Of a stretch of 40,109 bases of DNA, positions 9,020-19,533 are shown in pieces. Every line of letters starts with the position of its first letter. Within the stretch, counting starts at the first letter, position 1. The stretch covers positions 1 to 40,109 of the forward strand of contig JBBTQX010000007.1 in assembly GCA_038065455.1 (NCBI GenBank), given 5' to 3'. Source of the stretch: Patescibacteria group bacterium (GTDB taxonomy: Bacteria; Patescibacteriota; Minisyncoccia; UBA6257; GWB1-50-10). The notes beneath the pieces are model-generated. The model had not been told where the DNA came from. It saw only the letters and a list, made by a program, of their open reading frames with translations, and ran no database searches. A program made the position numbers and the translations under genes.

Positions 9020-10318
9020 TTACTTGCTTCCCGACATCGAGATTAAACCGCTCTCCGGCAAATAATCCATCGGGTCGATGGTCACGCCGATCGGAACGAG
9101 GCCTGCGGCCGGCTTTACCGGCTTCAATTGAATACTGGGCGTCCAATATATGCCGAAGTGCAGATGCGGACCGGTGGCAAAGCCCGAATTGCCCGAATAC
9201 CCTATCAAATCTCCTTCCTTAACTATATCACCTGCCTTCACGATTGCACGCGAAAGGTGCGCATAAAGACTCGTGAGATTATTGGGATGCTCTACCAGGA
9301 TATAACGCCCGTATTGATAGCGATTCCAGCGCGAAGTGCCCCGGTCATTGTTGTCCACTCGGGAAATCTTTCCATCCGCCGTGGCAAAGACCGGTGTACC
9401 GATGGTGGAGCTAAAATCCACACCGGTATGAAATCCCGTCTTATAGGCGCGTTCGGCGAATTTAGTCGGGCCGTAATACTGGGTCAGAACCGCGTTCGAC
9501 ACCGGGAATTTCAAGACACCCGGCCGTTTTAAAGGTAAAAGACTCGGATTGAAAGAGGCGCGCAATTTATCTTCGATGCCTTCGATGAATTCGCTGATGG
9601 CCAATTGCTGTTCATCGAGCTTGGATATCTGATTCTGGTATATCTGCTCCTGGCTTTTGGTTACGGAAAGAATATCCTGCTTCTCGTTTTTTTGATCCTG
9701 AAGGATATATTGGCTGCTCGCGAGACTAGCCTGTTCTATTTCTCTTTGACGCTTCCGCTGGCTTTCCGTTTCCAATTTATCACTTAGATCTTCCTGAAGA
9801 GCGCGGAGGCCGGCGATGCTCTTTGCCAACTCGACATTCAAGGTGGCAGTCTCGTTCGCCCGGCTCACGCTTTCCGAAAGTCCGCCGGTCTGCATCACTA
9901 TAAAAAGAAGATTCTGCCGGTCTTGATTCTGCATCTCGCGGAAAAGTTCGCCAATCGCCTCCTTCCTTTTTTTGATATTCGATTCCGCCCGGCTGATATC
10001 GCTGCTCATAGAATTTATCTCGAGATTGAGCTTTTCTACCGTGAGCCGGTTGGATTTTTGCTGAAGGTCGAGCTGATTGATTTTGTAATTGATGCCGTCT
10101 ATCTCGCTCTTCAGGGTTTTATTGGATTGGGAAATCTTGTTCAATTGGGCCTGGAGGGCGTCTTTTTGATTCTGGATTTGCTGAAGCTCGCTATTTTTCT
10201 GATTGATGGCGCCCTGGAGTTGATCGGCGGTCGTCTGGGCGAAAACGCCGACTGGTAAAAATACGGCGGCGGCCAAGAGCAGACCCAAGGCTATCGATAT
10301 TTTTTCTTTCGTTTTCAT
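9020..10318 (-). CDS. M23 metallopeptidase with long coiled coil (EnvC/MepM-like peptidoglycan hydrolase)
   Basis: Signal peptide, coiled coil, HTGVD, YAHL and TGPHLHF zinc motifs intact. Confidence 0.9.
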   Translation of the reverse strand: MKTKEKISIALGLLLAAAVFLPVGVFAQTTADQLQGAINQKNSELQQIQNQKDALQAQLNKISQSNKTLKSEIDGINYKINQLDLQQKSNRLTVEKLNLEINSMSSDISRAESNIKKRKEAIGELFREMQNQDRQNLLFIVMQTGGLSESVSRANETATLNVELAKSIAGLRALQEDLSDKLETESQRKRQREIEQASLASSQYILQDQKNEKQDILSVTKSQEQIYQNQISKLDEQQLAISEFIEGIEDKLRASFNPSLLPLKRPGVLKFPVSNAVLTQYYGPTKFAERAYKTGFHTGVDFSSTIGTPVFATADGKISRVDNNDRGTSRWNRYQYGRYILVEHPNNLTSLYAHLSRAIVKAGDIVKEGDLIGYSGNSGFATGPHLHFGIYWTPSIQLKPVKPAAGLVPIGVTIDPMDYLPESGLISMSGSK

Positions 10319-11721
10319 TCCAGTTTTCCGATAGCGAAATTTATCCTCCGCGCGCCTTCTTCTTGGCCGATTATCTCAAGAATATCGGCAGGACCCGGCG
10401 AAGCCTCTCGGCCCGAAAGCGCAGCTCGAAGAGGCCATAATACTTCGCCCCGTCCCCTCTTGTCGGCTACCGTCATCACGTATTTCTCGATAGTTTCCTT
10501 TTTGAAATCCCCCGCCGGTATTTTAGAAATGACGTCGAGCGTGAAGCGCAGATTATCGAGAATGGCCGCTTCCGGCGTTTCTTTCCAAATCAGAAGACTC
10601 TTGGAATAATCCGGCAATTCAAAAAAAATGTCGGCCAATTCCCTGAAATCCGAAAGTTTTTTCATCCGACCTCTGTCCACCTCGGCGATTTTGGCGAGCA
10701 TTTCTTTCTTCTTCACCCATTCTTTCGGAATAAAATCCTTGAGCGCCTCCGCGAGCTCTTCCGGAGGCAAAATCTTCAAATACTGTCCGTTCAGCCAATC
10801 CAATTTTTCCGGATTGAAAATCGCGCCGGCTTTCTGAACCCGTTTCAGGCCGAATTCAGCGATAATTTCTTCGCGGCTCAATACTTCGCGGTCATTCTCC
10901 GGATGCCAGCCCAAAAGCGCCATAAAATTCATAACCGCCGGAGCGAGATAGCCTTTCGTCCGATATTCATTGAATGACGTTTCGAGATACCGTTTGGAAA
11001 GCTTTTTGTGGTCGGGTCCCAATATCAAAGGCAGGTGCGCATACTGCACTTTGGAAAAACCCAACGCCTCCTGAATGGCAATCTGTTTCGGCGTGTTCGA
11101 GAGATGGTCTTCGCCCCGAATGACGTGCGTAATTTTCATCTCCTCGTCGTCCACCACCACCGCGAAATTATAGAGCGGGGTTTTCAGATCCTTTGCGATG
11201 ACGATATCGCCGATGAGCGCAGTATCAAAAGAAACCTTTCCCCGAATGATATCGGGGAAGGAAATTATCCCATCGTCCATCCGAAAACGGATGACCGCCG
11301 GTTCTTTTTTCGCCCGCGCTTCCGCTTCTTCAAGCGAAATACTTCGGCACCGCCCGCCGTACTTCGGAGACAATCCCTGGCTCATCTGAGCCTGGCGCTC
11401 GTCTTCCAATTCCTCCGGCGTGCAAAAACACCAATAGGCCTTTTTTTCTTCGAGAAGCTTTTCGAGTTCTTTTTTGTAGGCGGGAATCCGCTCGCTCTGG
11501 CGGAAAAAATCCTCGTCCCAATCCAAGCCGAGCCATTTGAGGCACTCCAGCATATCCTTCTCATATTCCTTTTTGGAGCGCTCCTTATCGGTATCTTCTA
11601 TGCGCAAAAGGAACTGGCCGCCTTCGTGGCGGGCAAAAAGCCAGTTAAATAGGGCTGTTCGGGCATTTCCCAGGGAAAACGGACCCGTCGGCGATGGGGC
11701 AAACCTGACTCTGATAGGCAT
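10315..11721 (-). CDS. gltX: Glutamate--tRNA ligase
   Basis: RVRFAPSPTG, LRIEDTD, HVIRGEDHLSNT, KLSKR; start at MPIRVRF. Confidence 0.95.
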   Translation of the reverse strand: MPIRVRFAPSPTGPFSLGNARTALFNWLFARHEGGQFLLRIEDTDKERSKKEYEKDMLECLKWLGLDWDEDFFRQSERIPAYKKELEKLLEEKKAYWCFCTPEELEDERQAQMSQGLSPKYGGRCRSISLEEAEARAKKEPAVIRFRMDDGIISFPDIIRGKVSFDTALIGDIVIAKDLKTPLYNFAVVVDDEEMKITHVIRGEDHLSNTPKQIAIQEALGFSKVQYAHLPLILGPDHKKLSKRYLETSFNEYRTKGYLAPAVMNFMALLGWHPENDREVLSREEIIAEFGLKRVQKAGAIFNPEKLDWLNGQYLKILPPEELAEALKDFIPKEWVKKKEMLAKIAEVDRGRMKKLSDFRELADIFFELPDYSKSLLIWKETPEAAILDNLRFTLDVISKIPAGDFKKETIEKYVMTVADKRGRGEVLWPLRAALSGREASPGPADILEIIGQEEGARRINFAIGKLE

Positions 11722-11841
11722 GAGCCTATTATCCCCCATTTTTGGGTGTTTTGGGAGAGTTGACATGATACATATAACGTGCTATCCTAAAAAGATAATA
11801 AGCATCTTAATAATTAAATAACTATACGAAAGGGTACGGAA

Positions 11842-12351
11842 ATGATCGAAAAAATCGTTCAAGAAATTACCGACATAGAAACAAGGCTGAAAGAAATCAC
11901 CGACAAGAACGATGAAATGATAAGCAGGGAAGTAATCGCTATGAACGAAATAATTGATAAGTTTTTGAAAATATTGAATTTGCCAGAAGAAGCAAAGAAC
12001 GAGTTTTCAAATAATTTCTCTGAAAGATGGAGAGGAATAGATTTATCCCTCCGCAATGCGAACAAAGTCTTATTAACAAAGACAAGAGGGATATTGATAC
12101 CGATACAGCAACTCCTTTCATCAATTTTACCGGATGAAGAAAATAAAGAAAAGGATTACACAGAGCTTATCTGCAAAAGAGCAAAGGAAATAACCGAAAA
12201 AATACAAAAAGAAACAAGCATAATAGACGATGAATGGGAAATTGAATTGAAGGATTTTTTCATTGATTCCAAAAAAGATTTGGAGAAAGATCTCTGTAAA
12301 TTCGCTGGAGATTATGGAATCAACTTTAATCCGGAATCTTTTGATTTATAA
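11842..12351 (+). CDS. Hypothetical acidic helical protein
   Basis: AT-rich ORF of 169 aa opposite to flanking genes. Confidence 0.65.
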   Translation: MIEKIVQEITDIETRLKEITDKNDEMISREVIAMNEIIDKFLKILNLPEEAKNEFSNNFSERWRGIDLSLRNANKVLLTKTRGILIPIQQLLSSILPDEENKEKDYTELICKRAKEITEKIQKETSIIDDEWEIELKDFFIDSKKDLEKDLCKFAGDYGINFNPESFDL

Positions 12352-12368
12352 TAAAAACAAAACAAATC

Positions 12369-12401
12369 GGCACTACAATCAATTGTAGTGCCTTTTATTT
12401 T
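12369..12401 (+). terminator. Intrinsic terminator
   Basis: GGCACTACAAT-CA-ATTGTAGTGCC followed by TTTTATTTT. Confidence 0.7.
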
Positions 12402-12413
12402 TGAATTGAAATC

Positions 12414-13487
12414 TTAAGAGTGGCGAAGAATTTGGAATATTTCCGCCGAAATCATTTTCGCGGCGTCGGGGCGAGCGAATTTGCGGGCGGCGGCCGTCAT
12501 CACCGCATATTTGCCTTTGTCGCCCAGGATATTCTCGAGCTGGCTCAAAATAATATTCGGCGTCAGGTTCGCCTCTTCTATTACAATCGAAGCGCCGGCT
12601 TTCGCATACTCATAGGCATTCATTTTCTGGTGATTGTTCGCCGCTTCCTCGAGTGGAATGAGAATGGATGGTTTGCCGAAGGCGGCAATCTCGAAAATGG
12701 AACCCGAACCGGCCCGTGCGATTACCGCGTCGGCTTCGGAAAACGCTTCTTTCATTCCGTTCAAATCCAGAAAACCGGCGAACTTGTATCCGGCGTTTGC
12801 CGAAAACATTTTGGCTTCATCAACATTCTTCTCCCCCACCTGGTGGAAGATGCGGTATTTTTCGAGCAAAGCATCCAAATTGTCGAAAACAAAGCGGTTT
12901 ATGCGCGCCGAACCCTGCGAACCGCCCCAAACGAAGACGAGCGGTTTTCCGCCCGAGTTCGGTTTACTCCCTCCCCCGACAAGCTCTTCCCGCGCGGGAT
13001 TGCCGGAAACGAAGGTTTTATTTTTATCGAAATAATTCGCCGCCGCTTCAAATCCAATGCCGATTCTCTTCGCGAATTTAGCCGAAAGTTTGTTGGTCAA
13101 TCCCGGAACGGAATCCGATTCGTGGATGATTATCGGAATCATATAGAAGCGCGCCGCGAGCACGACTGCGAGCGCTCCCGGACCGCCCTTCGAAAAAACC
13201 GCGTCCGGCATCAGGAAATAAAGCCGAAAGAGCGCCTGAAGAATACTCCAAAAGAATTTCGGAATATCGATAAAATTGACCGGCGAAAAATAACGCCGAA
13301 GTTTGCTTCCTGCGATTCTATAGACCGGGATATCCCGATTCAAAAATTCTCCATTAAGCGGACTCTTCGGCCCTATATAATATAACTCAACGTCCGCAAA
13401 ATCCGTCTTCCGAATTTCTTCGGCGACCGCGATAAGCGGGAAAATATGCCCTCCAGTACCGCCTCCAGTTAAAAGTATTCTGAACAT
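12414..13487 (-). CDS. murG: Lipid II GlcNAc transferase
   Basis: TGGGTGGHIFP, GNP, GGSQGS, RAGSG, HQKMNA. Confidence 0.96.
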   Translation of the reverse strand: MFRILLTGGGTGGHIFPLIAVAEEIRKTDFADVELYYIGPKSPLNGEFLNRDIPVYRIAGSKLRRYFSPVNFIDIPKFFWSILQALFRLYFLMPDAVFSKGGPGALAVVLAARFYMIPIIIHESDSVPGLTNKLSAKFAKRIGIGFEAAANYFDKNKTFVSGNPAREELVGGGSKPNSGGKPLVFVWGGSQGSARINRFVFDNLDALLEKYRIFHQVGEKNVDEAKMFSANAGYKFAGFLDLNGMKEAFSEADAVIARAGSGSIFEIAAFGKPSILIPLEEAANNHQKMNAYEYAKAGASIVIEEANLTPNIILSQLENILGDKGKYAVMTAAARKFARPDAAKMISAEIFQILRHS

Positions 13488-13518
13488 TAAATTAGAATTT
13501 AGAACTTAAAATTTAAAA

Positions 13519-14622
13519 TTATCTTTTCATAGATATATTAACCATAAGGCCGCTCATGGTCAAAAAAACCGCAAGCGCCGTTCCGCCGTAGCTCACGAAA
13601 GGCAAAGGCACGCCGGTCAGAGGAATAAGCCCCGAGTTCGCTCCGATATGGACGAAAACCTGAAGCCCGATGATTGTCATAAACCCGATACCCAAAAGCC
13701 GGCCGAATGCATCGGACGCTCCCTTTGCAATCGCGAGGCCGCGCCAGACAAAAAGAAGGAAAAAGAAGATAAGCGCAATGGAGCCGATGAAGCCCAATTC
13801 CTCGGCAATGACCGCGAAAATGGAATCACCGATGGGTTCCGGCAGATAGTGCAATTTCGTCGTCGAGCGACCGTAGCCCACGCCCGTGAGACCGCCCGAG
13901 CCAATGGCGATAAGCGTTTGGTTTATCTGGTAAGTTTTGCCAAGCGGATCGGAAGCGGGATTCAAAAATCCCAAAACTCTTTCCATCCGATAAGGAGTAA
14001 TAAAAAGAAGCGCGGCAACGGCAAAAAGAGTAATCGCTCCGACCGAAAAAAGGAATCTGATTTTCGCGCCGGCCGTAAAATACATCGCGAGCACAGCTCC
14101 AAGAATCAAAACCGCAATCGTAGTCGAAGGCTGAAGAATAAGCGGCATAAGCACGCCGGCCGAAAGAATCATGAACGGAATAAAACCTTCTCTCAGATTC
14201 TTGCCTCGGCTTTGGCTTTTGCCGATCCAAGCCGCCATATATATTAAGAAAGTAATTTTCACGAGTTCACCCGGCTGGAAACCCACACCGCCGATCGAAA
14301 GCCATCGTTCCGAACCATAAGCTTTGAATCCGAGCGGCGTGAAAACGAGAAGCAGGAGAATGACGCTTCCCGCAAGAAACCATATCCCCCACTTCTTCCA
14401 ATTTTGGTAATTTATGAAAAACGCGGCAAAAAATCCGACTAGTCCCGGTAAAATACCGAAAAGGATTTGATGTTTCAAATAATAATAGCTGTCGCCGAAC
14501 CTGGCTTTCGAAAGGTCGGAGGAGGCGCTCGTGAGCATCACAAGACCGAAGATGACGAGCACGATGAAAAAAGCAATGAAGGAATAATCGAGACTCGAAC
14601 TTTTTTTTAAGTTTCGAAACAT
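13519..14622 (-). CDS. ftsW: SEDS peptidoglycan glycosyltransferase
   Basis: Multi-TM; QPGE, IGSGG..G.G, LPEPIGDSIF..EELG, PLTGVPLPFVSYGG; upstream of murG. Confidence 0.92.
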   Translation of the reverse strand: MFRNLKKSSSLDYSFIAFFIVLVIFGLVMLTSASSDLSKARFGDSYYYLKHQILFGILPGLVGFFAAFFINYQNWKKWGIWFLAGSVILLLLVFTPLGFKAYGSERWLSIGGVGFQPGELVKITFLIYMAAWIGKSQSRGKNLREGFIPFMILSAGVLMPLILQPSTTIAVLILGAVLAMYFTAGAKIRFLFSVGAITLFAVAALLFITPYRMERVLGFLNPASDPLGKTYQINQTLIAIGSGGLTGVGYGRSTTKLHYLPEPIGDSIFAVIAEELGFIGSIALIFFFLLFVWRGLAIAKGASDAFGRLLGIGFMTIIGLQVFVHIGANSGLIPLTGVPLPFVSYGGTALAVFLTMSGLMVNISMKR

Positions 14623-14625
14623 CTT

Positions 14626-16029
14626 TTATGGGGCGGCTTTCACGATTGCACCGGCCTTTTTCTTCAAAAGCATTCCGTTCTCCATCGCGATAACGCCGTT
14701 TACCAACACCGTTTTCGATTTCCAATTTTCCCAAATCACCGCGTCCGCCCAATAATTTTCCTTTATCATCCCGCGTTTCAATATGCCGTATTTCGCGGCC
14801 GGAAGGCCGGTGAGCTTCGCTACCGCTTTCTCGACCGGCAACTTACCGCTCTTTTCGGCCCAGGAAAAAAATTCACCCGCGCCCGCTTCTCCGCCAAAAT
14901 GATGATAGCTTAAAGTAACGAATGAATGCTGACTCGCAAGAAAATCTTCAAGAACCGCCTTATCACCCCAAAAACAGAATATTTTTCCTTCAAGCCCTAT
15001 AAGAGCCATTAATTTCAAAATAGAGCGCGCCTTCGTGAGGCCGTGGTTCCGGGCAAAATCGTCGAGCGACTTGCCTTCGAGGAATTTTAAAGCCGGTGGT
15101 GCGAAAGCAATTATTGCTCCGTCAATTTTTATTTTTTGAAGATGTTTCAATACCCGATCTTTAACGGTTTTTTCTTTGAGCGAGTTCTTCACTTCTTCGA
15201 AATCGGCCGCTCTTAACCAATCGGGAAGAAAATAATAAAGCGGTACGGATACCACAGGATGGGGAAAGATATCGAAATTAATATGGCTTTTGGAAGCTTC
15301 TTTTTCTAAAAGAGCGAGCGCTGAACGGTAATTTTCCGAAAAGCCGCGCAGGGGCTGGAAATGGCTTATTTCGACGCTCGCGCCCGCGGTTTTGGAAATA
15401 TCGATTATTTCCCGAAGCGATTCCAATATATTTTCGCTGTCCCGACGCAGATGAGCCGCGAAAACTTTTTTCATTTTCGCCGATTCTCTGGCAATTTCGA
15501 TAAGTTCATTCACGGGTATGCCCCGGCCGGCCGGCGAAGACAAATCCAACGAGATTCCCAAAGCGCCCTCCCGGAGAGTCCGGCTGACGGCATTTTTTGC
15601 ACTCTCCGCTTCTCCTTGATTCAAATCCCGACCGATTCCTTTTGTGAAAAATCGGCGGATATCTTCATAACCGGCGAGTGCCCCGAAATTTACGCCCACT
15701 CCCCGCTTTTCCAAAAAAAACAGTGTTTCCCCCAACGGCCTTCCGAATAAACCTTCAACGGAACCGATTACGGTCGTAATACCTCGCTTCAAAATATTTT
15801 CTTGATAGGGTTCAGCAAAGATTCCCGAATAATGTTCGGCCTCAAAATTCATATCAATAAGGCCTGGCGTTACAACAGCTCCCGTGGCATCCAGAAAAAT
15901 ATCGGCCGTTTCTTTTTTAAAAGAACCCAATTGGGCAATATGCCCATTCCGAATAAAAATATCTGTTTTGAGCGGGACACCACCCGAGCCATCGTATACC
16001 AAACCGTTTTTTATCAGAATTGTTTTCAT
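14626..16029 (-). CDS. N-acyl-D-amino-acid deacylase-like amidohydrolase, degenerate metal site
   Basis: IKNGLVYDGSG, VVTPGLID, GITTV, AHLR, VEISH, RGMIKENYWADAVIW; expected HxH after PGLIDM replaced by NFE. Confidence 0.8.
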   Translation of the reverse strand: MKTILIKNGLVYDGSGGVPLKTDIFIRNGHIAQLGSFKKETADIFLDATGAVVTPGLIDMNFEAEHYSGIFAEPYQENILKRGITTVIGSVEGLFGRPLGETLFFLEKRGVGVNFGALAGYEDIRRFFTKGIGRDLNQGEAESAKNAVSRTLREGALGISLDLSSPAGRGIPVNELIEIARESAKMKKVFAAHLRRDSENILESLREIIDISKTAGASVEISHFQPLRGFSENYRSALALLEKEASKSHINFDIFPHPVVSVPLYYFLPDWLRAADFEEVKNSLKEKTVKDRVLKHLQKIKIDGAIIAFAPPALKFLEGKSLDDFARNHGLTKARSILKLMALIGLEGKIFCFWGDKAVLEDFLASQHSFVTLSYHHFGGEAGAGEFFSWAEKSGKLPVEKAVAKLTGLPAAKYGILKRGMIKENYWADAVIWENWKSKTVLVNGVIAMENGMLLKKKAGAIVKAAP

Positions 16030-16183
16030 CGTTTACCAGGCAGTGAAAATGCGATTGCAAATCGTGATTAAATCAGCAATCATTTTCTTTGTTTTTTTAA
16101 CCTTTTATTTAATGTCATATAATATATCTGTAAAAATTTGACGGACGATTTGAGTTTAATTTAATCGCATTTCTACTGCCTGG

Positions 16184-17230
16184 CTAGACAAATCGCGAAA
16201 GGAAAAATAGGACTAATCCGAAAATCGTCATTATCGCGCTCATAATCCAGAAACGCATCGTGATCTGGCTCTCGGGCCAACCCAATGCTTCGAAATGATG
16301 ATGAATCGGCGTCGAAAGGAATACTTTTTTCTTCCGGAATTTTTTGCTCGCCACCTGAACAATGACCGAGGCAGATTCAATCGCCAAAATAAATCCGAAG
16401 AAAGGCAGAAGAAGCGAAGTGTCGGTCAGCATCGCCATCACGCCCAAAGTAATACCTAAAGACATCGAACCCGTGTCGCCCATAAAAAATTTCGCCGGAT
16501 AAATATTGAACCAAAGAAAAGCCAAAAGCGCCCCCAAAATAGAAGCGCTCATCACCGACAAATCATAGCGATGAAGGACGAAGCTCACGACAACGATAGC
16601 CATAAAAGAGAAAAGCATCACGCCTCCCAAAAGACCGTCTAAACCATCTGTCTCATTCGCCGAAAAAGCGGTTGCAACAATGACGAATATGTAAAAAGGA
16701 ATATACCAAAGTCCCAAATCCACAGTCCCAATAAAAGGAATGAAGAGCGTGTGCCAATCGAGGCGGAAATAAAACCACCAGGCACCCAAAACCGCCACGG
16801 CTCCGTAGAGCAGGAGCTTATGTTTCATTCTTAATCCGCCGCCGTGAGGACCGATTTTCAAAATCCCCAGCATATCGTCCGCGAGACCGACCAGAGCTGC
16901 GAGAAAAAGCGCCGCGATAGGCAGATAGGTTTCGGCCCGATTCACAAAATTGAAATACTCGAAAAAGCCATCAAAAAGATTTCCTAAGACGAAAAAGACA
17001 AGAGCAATCGAAAGAACGGTCGCCCAAATAATGATTCCGCCCATCGTGGGTGTATTGGATTTATTTTTGTGGAATTGATAAAAAACCGGCGCGCTCGCCT
17101 CATCGCGGATATTCACTTTTCTCAGATTGAATTTTTCAAGAAACCGAAAAACGAGGGGCGTGAGTAATAGCGCTACCGTAAAGGAAAGAGCAAAAATTAT
17201 AAGAACGCGGACTGCGGCGAAGACTTCCAT
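16184..17230 (-). CDS. mraY: Phospho-N-acetylmuramoyl-pentapeptide transferase
   Basis: TPTMGG, ADD, NETDGLDGL, FMGDTGS, PIHHHFE. Confidence 0.96.
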   Translation of the reverse strand: MEVFAAVRVLIIFALSFTVALLLTPLVFRFLEKFNLRKVNIRDEASAPVFYQFHKNKSNTPTMGGIIIWATVLSIALVFFVLGNLFDGFFEYFNFVNRAETYLPIAALFLAALVGLADDMLGILKIGPHGGGLRMKHKLLLYGAVAVLGAWWFYFRLDWHTLFIPFIGTVDLGLWYIPFYIFVIVATAFSANETDGLDGLLGGVMLFSFMAIVVVSFVLHRYDLSVMSASILGALLAFLWFNIYPAKFFMGDTGSMSLGITLGVMAMLTDTSLLLPFFGFILAIESASVIVQVASKKFRKKKVFLSTPIHHHFEALGWPESQITMRFWIMSAIMTIFGLVLFFLSRFV

Positions 17231-17244
17231 TTGGATATTATACC

Positions 17245-18153
17245 TTAAAATTCATACGCTCGGGCTATCCAACCGAACAACTCATCGGTCTCTTTAAAGC
17301 GGTCTTTGCTTCCCAGAAGCACCACCGCCACCCGACGCCCGTTCATCGAAAGAATAGCCACCAAATTCTGCCTGGCGAGAGGCGAAGTGCCCGTTTTTCC
17401 TCCCAGAAAATCGGACCGACTCGAAAGCGGGTCGATATTCGGCACAGTGTGGCTCCGGTCGGAATTAGCCGGCTGAACGAGAAGATTCGGAAGCCTGGTG
17501 TAACTCAGGATATCCGGCTCCTTTTCCAGAATATAATTCAAAAGGGCGAGCATATCGCTCGCCGTTCCCTGATTCAAATCATTCAAGCCCGAAGCGTCGT
17601 AAACCACGGTCTGGGTAAGCCCAATTTCGCGAGCCTTCGCCATCATTATCTTCACGAAATCGTCGTGGCCGACGTGGTATTCGAAGGCGGCCGCCGCCCG
17701 GTTTGACGAGGCAATGAGCATTATTTTCAAAAGGTCGCGAGCGATATATGTTTCGCCCGGCCGCAAATCCCCCGCCTCGCCTTCCGTCGCCGACACGTCC
17801 TGGGAAATGATTATCTTTTCGTTCAAATCCATTTTTTCCATCACTACCACGGCGGTTAGGAGCTTGGTCAAGGACGCGAGTGGCCACATCTTGAAACTAC
17901 CAGACTTGAAAAAAGGAAAACTATCGTCGAGTGATTGGACGATTGCGGCTTCGGCAGAAAGTTCCGGGTCAAGCACTTTCCAATTCCTTACCGGCACTTT
18001 CTTCGAATTATTTTCCCAGTTGGAGAGTGTGGTCTTTTCCGGCGCATTTTCCGTGGCGGGTTTTTTGCTTTCCGTTCGGCCGGAACGGACAAGACTTATA
18101 ACAATCGCCGAGGTCAAAACCAAGAGCGTTAAAAAAATAATCTTCCACTTCAT
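17245..18153 (-). CDS. D-alanyl-D-alanine carboxypeptidase (peptidase S11)
   Basis: SxxK (ASLTK), SxN (SSN), KTG; N-terminal TM. Confidence 0.9.
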   Translation of the reverse strand: MKWKIIFLTLLVLTSAIVISLVRSGRTESKKPATENAPEKTTLSNWENNSKKVPVRNWKVLDPELSAEAAIVQSLDDSFPFFKSGSFKMWPLASLTKLLTAVVVMEKMDLNEKIIISQDVSATEGEAGDLRPGETYIARDLLKIMLIASSNRAAAAFEYHVGHDDFVKIMMAKAREIGLTQTVVYDASGLNDLNQGTASDMLALLNYILEKEPDILSYTRLPNLLVQPANSDRSHTVPNIDPLSSRSDFLGGKTGTSPLARQNLVAILSMNGRRVAVVLLGSKDRFKETDELFGWIARAYEF

Positions 18154-18157
18154 GAAA

Positions 18158-18748
18158 TCAAACGGGATTTTCTTGATTCTCCGGAAGCGGATTTTCCGGA
18201 ACCTGCGACGCTTCGAAACTCGTCAGGATATTCTTGTATTTTTCGAACTCCGGCAATTCTTCGATTTTTCCCAACCCCAAGTGCTTCAGAAAATTAAAGC
18301 TCACTTTATATTCGAACATATTCTTTCTCGCTTCCTGGAAATGGCGCGTCACGAGTCCGCGCACCAAAAGCGCCCTTAGAATAAAACTGGAATTCACGCC
18401 ACGGATATAATCCACCGTAGAGCGCGCCACAGGCCCGAGATATGCGATTATAGACAGCGTTTCCAGAGTCGCCGGAGTAAGTTCTTCCTTGAATTCTTCC
18501 TGAACGAGTTTTTGGCCGAGCCAAGCCAAATCCGGCTTCGTCGCCAGCTGAAAAAGATCACCGTGCCTTACAAGCATAAAACCGCTCTTTTCATCCGAAT
18601 TCAGTTTCGAATCCAATTCATTTATCAAGATGCCACACTCCCCTTCGCTTACATCCAGGAATTTGGCTATCTTTTTCGCATCCAGCGGCTCGCCATAATA
18701 AAAAAGCAAAGCCTCAAGGGCAGCAACGGTATTGTTGTTTCTTTCCAT
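18158..18748 (-). CDS. scpB: SMC-Scp complex subunit ScpB
   Basis: LEALLF, LETLSIIAY..P..R..VDYIRGVNS. Confidence 0.95.
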   Translation of the reverse strand: MERNNNTVAALEALLFYYGEPLDAKKIAKFLDVSEGECGILINELDSKLNSDEKSGFMLVRHGDLFQLATKPDLAWLGQKLVQEEFKEELTPATLETLSIIAYLGPVARSTVDYIRGVNSSFILRALLVRGLVTRHFQEARKNMFEYKVSFNFLKHLGLGKIEELPEFEKYKNILTSFEASQVPENPLPENQENPV

Positions 18749-18762
18749 GTTTATTGGATATT

Positions 18763-19476
18763 TTAAGCCTCCTTTGGTTTCCGCGCAATCGTAATTTCAT
18801 CGAATTGAGCTTCCTGATCCGCCGATATGAGCTGGTCCCTTATGAGATGGAGAATGGCGAGAAAAAGCACAATAAGCTCGCTTCTTCCTTTTCCTTCATG
18901 CATTTTTTTGAAACCGATGGGAATTTCCGTGAGCCGCCTGAAAATTTCCTCGATTTTCTGCTTCAAGTGGATTATTTCGTTCTTCACTTTCACGATGGGC
19001 TTCAGGAATTTTTCGAGTTTGCCAACCACCCCGGCCGCCGCTTTCGCGAGCGTTTCTCCTGTCGCGGATTTGGGCGGATAGAACGTCGCTTCCTTCGTCA
19101 TTAAATATTCCCGCGAAAACATTTGGGGCGAAACTTTCCAAAGTTCTTTGACGTGAAGCTGGGCTTTTTTGAATTCCTGATAGATTTTGAGCCGGCCTTC
19201 TAAGCCCCGTATATCCAATTCTTCTTCGTCGGTAAGAGGGAGCGAAGGTAAAAGTACTTTGGATTTTATAAGAATAAGTTTCGAGGCCACTACCAAAAAA
19301 TCAGCAAGAATAGAATGGCTCACGCCGGCTTTCTCCAACTTCTTCAGATAATCAAAAAAACCGCCGGTCACCTCCGCCAGGCTCACGACCATAATTTCCA
19401 TCTTCTTCTCTTCAATCAGTTCCAAGAGTTTCTGAAGCGGTCCCTGATACTGCTCCAAATTCAATTCATAGCTCAT
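18763..19476 (-). CDS. scpA: Segregation and condensation protein A
   Basis: YQGPL..LLELI, FLVVASKLILIKSKVLLP, FLAILHL; upstream of scpB. Confidence 0.93.
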   Translation of the reverse strand: MSYELNLEQYQGPLQKLLELIEEKKMEIMVVSLAEVTGGFFDYLKKLEKAGVSHSILADFLVVASKLILIKSKVLLPSLPLTDEEELDIRGLEGRLKIYQEFKKAQLHVKELWKVSPQMFSREYLMTKEATFYPPKSATGETLAKAAAGVVGKLEKFLKPIVKVKNEIIHLKQKIEEIFRRLTEIPIGFKKMHEGKGRSELIVLFLAILHLIRDQLISADQEAQFDEITIARKPKEA

Positions 19477-19533
19477 TTAACTAAATAATAGAACATTTTA
19501 TGGATAATAAAACCTCTCTCAAATAAAACCAGG

